A stretch of DNA of 64,000 nt, from contig JAWLHJ010000001.1 of NCBI GenBank assembly GCA_041690395.1, forward strand, positions 736,001-800,000. Reading direction: 5' to 3'. This DNA is from Longimicrobiales bacterium (GTDB taxonomy: Bacteria > Gemmatimonadota > Gemmatimonadetes > Longimicrobiales > Gaopeijiaceae). The stretch's first letter is position 1. Each line of letters opens with the position of its first letter. Below, in pieces: positions 56,667 through 64,000 of the stretch. Below the pieces are notes generated by a model. It worked only from the letters and a program-made list of their open reading frames with translations, was not told the origin of the DNA and did no database searches. A program made the translations under genes and the position numbers.

Positions 56667-56695
56667 AACATGGACACATGTGAGTCACATGTCAA
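56667..56695 (-). promoter_or_regulatory. Sigma70-type promoter with palindromic operator
   Basis: TTGACA (56695-56690), 17 nt, CATGTT (56672-56667), ATG 6 nt later; palindrome ACATGTGA-g-TCACATGT at 56676-56692. Confidence 0.7.
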
Positions 56696-56781
56696 TTAGT
56701 ATGGGCCTGTAGATGCCAAAGCCGGGCCTGCTGGTTAGTCTCGATCGTTGACCGGATGTGACCCAGCAGCACGAGGCGGGA

Positions 56782-58215
56782 ATGATGCACACCCTCCGGA
56801 AGAGGCCTGTCGCCACCGCGACCTACCGATCCCAATCGGCGCGAGCCTCGCGCGCGGCGGTCGTCCCGCTCCTCCTCCTCGCCTTTGTGGGGGCATGCTC
56901 ATCGGATGGCCCGACGGAACCCGATCCGCCGCCGGTCACGGAGCCCGAGGCTCCCGAACCGACCGTCCCGGCCGAAGCGACCGATTGGCTCAACGCGAAC
57001 GTCATCCCGCTCGATGGCAGCGACCTGCAGGCCGACTTGTCCGATCTGGACGTGCTTCGATCACTGGTTGGGGACGCGCGGATCGTCTCCCTCGGTGAGG
57101 GCACGCACGGCACTCGCGAGTTCTTCCAGATGAAGCACCGGATTCTCCGGTTTCTCGTCGAGGAGATGGGGTTCGACGCCATAGCGATGGAGGCGACTTG
57201 GGCCGAGTCCAATCGACTGGATGACTACGTCCGCACCGGCAACGGAGATGCGCGGGAGCTGCTGAGCGGACTCTACTTCTGGACGTGGAACACCGAGTCG
57301 GTACTGGACATGGTCGGATGGCTACGAGGATGGAACGAGGCGGGTCATGATGTCGGATTCTACGGCTTCGACATGCGGTTCCCCGGCATGGCGCTCCACA
57401 ATGTCGATCGCTTCCTGGAGGTCGTCGACCCTGAAGCCGCGCCGTCGTACGACGAGCGGCTCGAGTGTCTCAGGCCGTTCGTGAATGGCCCGGACGGCCG
57501 CTTCCCGACTCCGTCCTACGGGGCGCAATCGACCTTGTACCGTTCGCTGTGCCGGGGGGAGCTTCAGTGGGCGATGGACAGTCTTCGGGTCGAGGAGGAC
57601 CGGTACGTGGGATTGTCGTCACGCGCCGCGTTCGAACACGCGGAGCGAAGCCTCAGGATCCTGGAGCAGTGGGAGCTCCAAGCATCTGATCGTGGGAGTC
57701 GCGACGTGTTCATGGCCGAGAACGTCGATTGGCTGCTCGACCAGCTCGGGCCAGACGGCAAGCTCGTGTTGTGGGCCCACAACTCCCATGTCGCGAGGCT
57801 GCCGTCTTCGATGGGCGGTGAGTTGGACGCCCGGCACGGCGACGACATGGTGGTTCTCGGCTTCGCCTTCGGAGAGGGGCAGTTCAGTGCGGTGACCATG
57901 GCGGGCTCATCGTTCGTCGACCTTGAATCGCAGACCGCGGCTCCACCCCGGATCGACTCCTACGAGATGTACTTCGCCACCGCGAACGCCCCGACGTTTC
58001 TCCTTCCCCTGCGCGGACTCGACCTCTCGCCCCCGGAGGCTTCGTGGATGACCGGGCCGCGGCAGATGCGGTTCATCGGATGCTGCTACGACCCGGCGCG
58101 GAGTAGTGCCTTCCACTACACGGCACGGCTCCCGGAAGAATTCGACGCCCTCGTCTGGGTCGCTCAGACAACCGCCACCAGGCTGCTGCCCTTCCGCTAT
58201 CCACAGGGATTCTGA
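56782..58215 (+). CDS. Erythromycin esterase family lipoprotein
   Basis: VSLGEGTHGTREFF, GFDAIAMEA, FYGFDM, RDVFMAENV, WAHNSHV; lipobox VGAC. Confidence 0.88.
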   Translation: MMHTLRKRPVATATYRSQSARASRAAVVPLLLLAFVGACSSDGPTEPDPPPVTEPEAPEPTVPAEATDWLNANVIPLDGSDLQADLSDLDVLRSLVGDARIVSLGEGTHGTREFFQMKHRILRFLVEEMGFDAIAMEATWAESNRLDDYVRTGNGDARELLSGLYFWTWNTESVLDMVGWLRGWNEAGHDVGFYGFDMRFPGMALHNVDRFLEVVDPEAAPSYDERLECLRPFVNGPDGRFPTPSYGAQSTLYRSLCRGELQWAMDSLRVEEDRYVGLSSRAAFEHAERSLRILEQWELQASDRGSRDVFMAENVDWLLDQLGPDGKLVLWAHNSHVARLPSSMGGELDARHGDDMVVLGFAFGEGQFSAVTMAGSSFVDLESQTAAPPRIDSYEMYFATANAPTFLLPLRGLDLSPPEASWMTGPRQMRFIGCCYDPARSSAFHYTARLPEEFDALVWVAQTTATRLLPFRYPQGF

Positions 58216-58321
58216 CAGTAGGTCCACCTCACGCCCGCGTTGAACGCGCGCCCTGGCGGCCCCGAGCCCTGTCTTGCGTTCCATATAGTGCAGAGTGCTC
58301 CCCCCGATTCGTGAGGCCCCA

Positions 58322-59815
58322 ATGCGAAAACTCGCCTCGTTCTCCGGCCCGTCCGTGATCGCTCTCCTGCTCACCCTCCCGTCCCCCGCGCTCGCCCAGG
58401 ATGCGCAATCCATCCTGGAGTCCGTGGCGGACGCGCAGGCGGAACGCTGGGCCAACGTGGACAACTACACCGTCGTGAAGTCCGTCGAGGCGGCGGGCGG
58501 TCTCGAGACGCCGCAGTACTTCGTGAAGATGGAGGTGGACGGCGAACCGACGTTCCGGCTCGTCCCGCCTCCGGTGTACGAGCGCGAGATGTTGGAGGCC
58601 GCGGGCTTTCCCCCGCCGGGCCCCGAGTTCTACGAAGGCCTGGCCATGGGCTACGACCTGCTGGGACCCGTCCTCGAGCAGGGTGGCGGCGATCAGCCGC
58701 CCATGCCCGGAGTCACGGAGATGACGACTCAGATCTCGGCTGTCCTCAGGGAAGGCGCGGACGCCGTGCGCAACCTCGACGACGGAACGGCCGACGCGGA
58801 GCAGGCCGTGGCGGACATGAGCGCGTTCGCCGAGAGAGCGAGGCTGGTGGGCGTCGAGCCCGTCCTCGCTCATCCGGACGGGGCGATGCGTGACGCGTAC
58901 CACCTGGTGGTCGAGGACGTCGGCATGACCCAGGAGACGGGTGGAGGATCGTTCACGCTCCACACCGCGAGCATGTGGATCGATACCGAGCACTACGTGC
59001 CGTACCGTTTGCTCATGGAGGGCGAGGTGGAGAGCGACGGCCGGCGCTCACCCCTGACCATCGAACGGCTCGACCTGGACTACCGCGTGCACGGGCCCCT
59101 GTACGTGGCGCACCGCGAGGTGGGTCGGTTGAGCGGCATCATGTCCGCCATGAGCGACAGCGAGCGGAGGGAGATGGAGGAGGCTCGGCGGGAGCTCGCC
59201 GAGGCGGAGCGACAGATGGCGGAGATGCCGGACGGCGCCGCGAAAGCCATGGCGCAGCGCATGATGGGACCGCGCATCGAAGAGATGCGAAGGATGCTGG
59301 ACGGCGAGGCGTTCGAGAGCGCCATGAACGTTTCGACGGTCGCGGTCAACGAGGGACCGCCCACCCCGTACGGCCTGGGCCGGCTCGCGTTGCGGGGCAC
59401 GCACGGGGCGATGACCATGGCCCTCGAGCGGGGCGACGAGGGGGAACCGCTCGTGGCCGAGCTGTCGATCCTGTCCGGCCTCAGCGGAGCAGGGGAGGCC
59501 ACGTTCAGCCTGCTGGGCAATCTGCCCTTTCCCGAGGTGGGCGGGGCCATTCCCGTCGTCGACGCTTCCGGGAGCTTGCCCCACGACGACGGTACGCGGG
59601 TGAGCATCGACTCGGCGACGGGGTCCATCGAGGTCGTCGTGCGCACGGAGACTCGCATCGCCGGCACCTTTGACGCCCTGTTGACGGTTACGGACGCGAA
59701 CGGGGCGGAGGTCACCGTTCCCATCGAAGGGACGTTCGACTCGGGCGCGCCCACCGGACCGCTCCAGGCGCCACGGGGGAGCCCGATTCCGGCCATGTTC
59801 CGGCCGGGAGGGTGA
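58322..59815 (+). CDS. Hypothetical secreted protein
   Basis: Signal peptide (..SPALAQ); coding-like composition; MWIDTEHYVP resembles LolA-fold proteins (weak). Confidence 0.7.
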   Translation: MRKLASFSGPSVIALLLTLPSPALAQDAQSILESVADAQAERWANVDNYTVVKSVEAAGGLETPQYFVKMEVDGEPTFRLVPPPVYEREMLEAAGFPPPGPEFYEGLAMGYDLLGPVLEQGGGDQPPMPGVTEMTTQISAVLREGADAVRNLDDGTADAEQAVADMSAFAERARLVGVEPVLAHPDGAMRDAYHLVVEDVGMTQETGGGSFTLHTASMWIDTEHYVPYRLLMEGEVESDGRRSPLTIERLDLDYRVHGPLYVAHREVGRLSGIMSAMSDSERREMEEARRELAEAERQMAEMPDGAAKAMAQRMMGPRIEEMRRMLDGEAFESAMNVSTVAVNEGPPTPYGLGRLALRGTHGAMTMALERGDEGEPLVAELSILSGLSGAGEATFSLLGNLPFPEVGGAIPVVDASGSLPHDDGTRVSIDSATGSIEVVVRTETRIAGTFDALLTVTDANGAEVTVPIEGTFDSGAPTGPLQAPRGSPIPAMFRPGG

Positions 59816-59844
59816 GGGGGGAGGGGGAGCTTCCAGAGCGGTTC

Positions 59845-59987
59845 GGAAGTCGTTCGAAAGTCGAATGACCTGGACAGGAGCTCCCTGGATGATCCCCCGG
59901 GCGGATCTCCGCGCTACGTCGGGCCTCTGGGGTCCACGTCACTGTGGGCGTGACGGAATCCGATCGTTCGAGAGTCGAACGATTCTC
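59845..59987. repeat. Paired-palindrome (REP/REPIN-like) element, copy B
   Basis: Arms GGAAGTCGTTCGAAAGTCGAATGACC (59845-59870) and GATCGTTCGAGAGTCGAACGATTCTC (59962-59987), matching the arms at 39857 and 39929. Confidence 0.7.
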
Positions 59988-60039
59988 GAGGCGTCGAGAG
60001 ATCGCGCGAGCCCCGGTCGCGCCTACTCGGGCGGCGGAT

Positions 60040-60134
60040 GCTCGCGGAGCAGCACCTTCCGCGAGATAGAAGGAGACCGCCGCGTCGATGTCCTCTCGGG
60101 CGCGTCGCCGGAGGATGACCTCCGCCGCCGTCAC
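60040..60134 (-). pseudogene. parE: Truncated ParE/RelE-family toxin
   Basis: GTG coupled to the parD stop; VILRRRAREDIDAAVSFYLAEG is ParE-like, then similarity is lost (end point approximate). Confidence 0.65.
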
Positions 60135-60356
60135 TCGGGCCGGTGCGCGTCGATGCGGGCGTGCAGGGACTGGAAATACGCCTTGTTCACGGTGACGTCC
60201 TCCGGGGAGGCCCCACCCTCGAGTACGAGTGCGCGCAGGCGGGCGCGGTCCTGCTCTCTGCGCATCAGCTCCCGGATATTCTCGCTACCCGCGCGTGACC
60301 TCGTCTTCAACGAAGGCCTTCAACGAATCCGGAAGGGAAATGTTCATGGTGCCCAT
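60131..60356 (-). pseudogene. parD: Frameshifted ParD-family antitoxin
   Basis: MGTMNISLPDSLKAFVEDEVTRG* continues in another frame as SENIRELMRREQDRARLRALVLEG..AYFQSLHAR; the usual YGTS segment is lost near 60285. Confidence 0.82.
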
Positions 60357-60470
60357 GGAGCCAACGTAGTGGGGCATGGCAAAAATTGGGAATGGGGAGC
60401 GGGAGGTTGCGCACCCCTCGCCCGCGCTCGACCTTGGCCCGGGTCGCATTAGAGTCCAGCCAGGACCGCC

Positions 60471-63155
60471 ATGCCCGCTGAATCCATCGTCATCGGCATC
60501 GTCTTCCTGGTAGGCGTGGCGGCTACCGGCTATCTCCTTCGCCCCAGCCGACTCAGGCGGCTCGCCCTCGAGAAGGCCCGTACAGCCATCGCGGCGGCCG
60601 CGCCCCTCACGCCGATCACCGGTCAGGACTACCTGCGCACGTCCCAGGTTCGGCGATGGCTCGACCGACATCCGCGCCACAAGCGGGGGGCGCTCACGCG
60701 CTGGCAGCGCCGACGCCTGAAGCACCATCCCGAGTTGCAGGCGGCCTACGACGAGGTGTCCGCTCTCTTCGACCGCCCCTGGCGATGGGCGGCGGAGCGC
60801 AATGAAGCGTACGTCCACGCCCGCCTCGACGAGCTGGACCAATGGTTCGCTACGCGCTTGCCGTACCCCCTGACCCACGAGCAGCGGAGGGCCGTCGCCA
60901 CGGACGAGGACAACAACCTCGTCGTGGCCGGCGCGGGCTCGGGAAAGACGTCGGTCATCCTGGGAAAGCTGGCCTACCTCGTGGAGCAGCGGGGCGTCCC
61001 GCCGGCCGACATCCTCGTGCTCGCGTTCAACAGCACCGTCGCTGCGGAGCTCAGGGAGCGCATCGACTCCCTTGGGATGCCGATGCCGGAGGTCTCGACC
61101 TTCCACGCGAAGGGCTTCGACATCCTCGGCGCGGCACGAGGGCGCAAGCCGGCCGTGTCGGCGCTCTCCACGGACCGGACGGCACTCCAGCGCTTCCTGT
61201 CCGAACGGTTCGCCGCCAGGATGCGCAACCGCACCTATCGCAAGCGCTTCGCGAAGTGGTGGGTCGAGCGGCGCGTCGAGGCCAGCGAGCTGAAGTCCGA
61301 CACGCCCGACGAGCGCCTCCGCAAGGAACGATCCCTGGGGTTGCGCACGCTCATCGGGGTCCAGGTGCAGTCGCAGTCGGAGGTGAAGGTCGGTGACGGG
61401 CTGACGCTCCGTGGCATCCGGTGGGAACACGAGCCGCGGTACCCGCACACGCCGGCCAGCACCGAGCGGCGCGACTACACCCCGGACTTCTACCTCCCCG
61501 ACCACGACGTCTGGATCGAGGTATGGGCGTGCGACAAGACGGAGGAGCGATTTCCGCCGGAGATCCCCAAGGCGCGTTACAAGGAAGACATGGCGTGGAA
61601 GCGCGAGCTTCACGACACCTGCGGAACGAAGCTCATCGAGGTCTTCCAGAACGACGTCTGGGGCGGACGCCTGGAAGACCGCCTCACCGGGCTGCTCGAG
61701 GAAGTACAGGTCCGAACGAAGGAGCCTTCGGGCGAAGCGCTGGAGCGCCTCCTGGCGTCCGTCGAGGACAGCTTCCCTCCGTTCGTGGGCCTCCTGAGCT
61801 CGTTCCTCGAGCTGTTCCGTTCCGGTGGCTGGGCGCGCGCCGAAGTGCAGAAGAGCGCGAAGTCGCGGAGGGACCGCGAGTTCCTCGAGCTCTTCTGGCC
61901 GATCCTGGACGATTACGAGGAGGCGCTCCGGCTCGAAGGGAAGATCGACTTCAGCGAGATGCTCCTCGGCGCATGCAAGGCGATGGAGGACGGATTCGAT
62001 CCGCCTGCCTATCGGTACATCCTGGTCGACGAGTTCCAGGACGTGTCGCGCGCCCGGCTGGAGCTGGTTCGCCACCTCCGCGGATCGGCTGGCGACTGCC
62101 GGACGTTCCTCGTGGGTGATGACTGGCAGTCCATCTACCGTTTCGCGGGTTCCGACGTGTCCTACTTCACCGCGGCACCGGAGTACCTAGGCGCCACGGC
62201 GCGCACGGACCTGGGCCAGACCTTCCGGCTCACGCCCGACGTGGCGGCGCTGTCGAGCCGCTTCATCACCAGGAATCCCGCGCAACTCGACAAGCAGATC
62301 ATCCCTCGGGAGGCGGGTCTCGATGGGCCTTCCGTCGTGCTCCGGCTGTATGACGTGTCGGAAGCGCGCGCCCTTCAGGAGGTCCTGGAGGAGATCAGTC
62401 GGGCCGAGACCGGCCGGGCGCGCGTGCTCGTGCTCGGCCGCTACAATCACACGCTCCTCGCGTTGGACGAGCTTCCGTTCCAGGTGCCGGGGAACCTGGT
62501 GCTCCAACCGCTCACGGTGCACCGTGCCAAGGGCCTGGAAGGCGATCACGTGATCGTGCTCGACTTGAACAGCGGCCGTTACGGATTCCCGTCCGAGATC
62601 GAGGACGACTCGGTGCTCCGGCTGCTCCTCGCCAACGAGGAAGCGTTCCCCAACGCCGAGGAGCGGCGGCTGTTCTACGTGGCGCTGACGAGAGCCCGGT
62701 CGCGCGTCTACCTCTTCGCGCCTGCTCCGGACCCGTCGTCCTTCGTCCAGGAGTTGCTGGAAGGCGACTATGCCGAATGGATCGGGGCTTCCAAAGCCTG
62801 GTCGGCGGGCTGCCGATGTCCTCGCTGCCGGGGCATGACCATCCGTCGCAAGGAGGGCCCGTCCGGCAGCTTCTGGGGCTGCATCAACTACCCGGCGTGT
62901 CACGGGACCCTCCCAACCTGCTTCGAGTGCGGGGCCGGGATCCTCGAGCCCCGGAGTGACGAGCGCGGTATGCTCCTCGCCTACACGTGTTCGGAGTGCG
63001 GACAGGCTGCGGCGCTCTGTCCTGACTGCGCGGTGGGCGCCATGGTTCCGCGCGACGGCCCCCGAGGGCCGTTCATGGGATGTTCGGAGTGGCGGTGGGA
63101 CGGGCGGGGGTGCGGGTATACACGGGGGGTGGCAGGGGCTCGGGCGAGCTCGTAG
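60471..63155 (+). CDS. UvrD/helicase-IV-like SF1 helicase with N-terminal TM, inserted nuclease-like domain and C-terminal Zn ribbons
   Basis: AGAGSGKT, LAFN, TFH, LVDEFQD, VGDDWQSIYRFAGS, TVHRAKGLE, EERRLFYVALTRA; YTPDFYLP..WIEVW insert; CPRC/CFEC/CPDC clusters. Confidence 0.88.
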   Translation: MPAESIVIGIVFLVGVAATGYLLRPSRLRRLALEKARTAIAAAAPLTPITGQDYLRTSQVRRWLDRHPRHKRGALTRWQRRRLKHHPELQAAYDEVSALFDRPWRWAAERNEAYVHARLDELDQWFATRLPYPLTHEQRRAVATDEDNNLVVAGAGSGKTSVILGKLAYLVEQRGVPPADILVLAFNSTVAAELRERIDSLGMPMPEVSTFHAKGFDILGAARGRKPAVSALSTDRTALQRFLSERFAARMRNRTYRKRFAKWWVERRVEASELKSDTPDERLRKERSLGLRTLIGVQVQSQSEVKVGDGLTLRGIRWEHEPRYPHTPASTERRDYTPDFYLPDHDVWIEVWACDKTEERFPPEIPKARYKEDMAWKRELHDTCGTKLIEVFQNDVWGGRLEDRLTGLLEEVQVRTKEPSGEALERLLASVEDSFPPFVGLLSSFLELFRSGGWARAEVQKSAKSRRDREFLELFWPILDDYEEALRLEGKIDFSEMLLGACKAMEDGFDPPAYRYILVDEFQDVSRARLELVRHLRGSAGDCRTFLVGDDWQSIYRFAGSDVSYFTAAPEYLGATARTDLGQTFRLTPDVAALSSRFITRNPAQLDKQIIPREAGLDGPSVVLRLYDVSEARALQEVLEEISRAETGRARVLVLGRYNHTLLALDELPFQVPGNLVLQPLTVHRAKGLEGDHVIVLDLNSGRYGFPSEIEDDSVLRLLLANEEAFPNAEERRLFYVALTRARSRVYLFAPAPDPSSFVQELLEGDYAEWIGASKAWSAGCRCPRCRGMTIRRKEGPSGSFWGCINYPACHGTLPTCFECGAGILEPRSDERGMLLAYTCSECGQAAALCPDCAVGAMVPRDGPRGPFMGCSEWRWDGRGCGYTRGVAGARASS

Positions 63156-63257
63156 TTCTGCCGGACCGGGTCGTGCGTCAGGGTGCCCGAGCGGGCTTCG
63201 CGATGTCCCGATGGAGTGCGCCGGTGCGCCGTCGAGAGCTCCTCGTACTCGCGTCGG

Positions 63258-63533
63258 TCAGGCGGCGGTCAGCGGTGAGAGGGCACCAGGGCTCGGGCGC
63301 TGCAGCCCGAGGGCGTCGAACACTCCGTAGATGTCCTGGGCGGTAGCGCTGACGGGGTCGATGACCTCGATCCCGAGAGGCCGTCCGTCCTCACCGTAGT
63401 CCACCACGATCTCCGGGCGGAGCTCTTCCGATCGGACGCTTCGTTCCCCTAGATCGCGACCCAGGCCGACGTAGGCGGCGAACGGCTGGCCGTTCCTGTA
63501 GGTCATCTGAACGGAGACGTGGGACATGGTCAT
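63258..63533 (-). CDS. DUF2283 family putative antitoxin
   Basis: AAYV..SEE..IVVDYGEDGRPLGIEVI. Confidence 0.8.
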   Translation of the reverse strand: MTMSHVSVQMTYRNGQPFAAYVGLGRDLGERSVRSEELRPEIVVDYGEDGRPLGIEVIDPVSATAQDIYGVFDALGLQRPSPGALSPLTAA

Positions 63534-63535
63534 CG

Positions 63536-63781
63536 TCAGTCTCGGGGGAAGGCGGTCACAACGTAAGTAATCTGATCCATCGGATCGGGTTCCACCACCA
63601 CGGCCCACCGCCGGCCGTGGAGTCGGGAAGTCACGATCCATCTGCCCGGACGACGAGCCGGCCTGATCGCTCGGGCCCGCGCCAGCATGAGGCGAAGCTC
63701 CGCTTCCGAAAATCCGCGGTCCTCCATCCTCCGCTCGACATGGGGCAACAGGATGAACGGCCACGACCACCAGTCCGGCAT
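63536..63781 (-). CDS. DUF4258 family putative toxin
   Basis: PHVERRMEDRGFSE..W.VVVEPD..VVTAFP; 2 nt upstream of the DUF2283 gene. Confidence 0.75.
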   Translation of the reverse strand: MPDWWSWPFILLPHVERRMEDRGFSEAELRLMLARARAIRPARRPGRWIVTSRLHGRRWAVVVEPDPMDQITYVVTAFPRD

Positions 63782-64000
63782 CGCCACGCGCGGCCTCCAC
63801 GGCTCCGGATGAATCCGGATGACGTTGCCCCTGGTCGATGGGCGGACACATGGCGGGATGAGCCGAGAAGCAGCGCATAGCCAACCGTCACACACCCGCC
63901 GTACCTTGCGCCCGTCCGCTCCCCAAACACCGGATCAAGCGATCCCATGCTGATCTACCATCCACCCACCCGCCCCCTCGTCCCCACCCACGGCGCCGAA

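Noticed and set aside
1..64000. tRNA, rRNA, riboswitch, transposase or integrase genes
   Set aside because: None recognisable by eye; a covariance-model scan (tRNAscan-SE, Infernal/Rfam) would be needed to exclude small RNAs.

Overview
High-GC, gene-dense bacterial DNA. The many L-x-x-C lipoproteins, BTAD/TolB-TPR regulator and ECF-kinase pair suggest Gemmatimonadota (inference only). (1) 1-14.6 kb: a translationally coupled operon of five exported proteins (giant beta-rich/helical/FN3 protein truncated at the window edge, FN3-repeat protein, TPR protein, probable outer-membrane beta-barrel, large Ig/beta-helix/propeller lipoprotein). A Ser/Thr kinase and phosphorylation-type ECF sigma converge on it. 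(2) 18-52 kb: mostly core/envelope genes (desaturase, MscS, antiporter, peptidases, AbgT, BTAD regulator, egtB, hydrolases, GMC oxidoreductase pair, ferritin, sugar dehydrogenase, hybrid kinase, HerA-like ATPase). (3) 53-64 kb: an accessory hotspot with four toxin-antitoxin modules (one decayed), a deleted ADP-ribosylglycohydrolase, FkbM methyltransferase, erythromycin-esterase-family lipoprotein and a helicase-IV-like/nuclease/Zn-ribbon fusion. The most unusual non-coding signal is a 178-bp inverted-repeat-bounded element present twice (44858-45035, 49518-49695). Its best-conserved core has type I-E CRISPR-like 29/32/29-nt repeat-spacer-repeat geometry, and it is followed by a (CCCG)n tail. 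There is also a second dispersed paired-palindrome element and a four-copy 11-bp-phased operator. No rRNA, tRNA, cas genes, integrase or transposase were seen. Product calls come from motif recognition by eye, not database searches.
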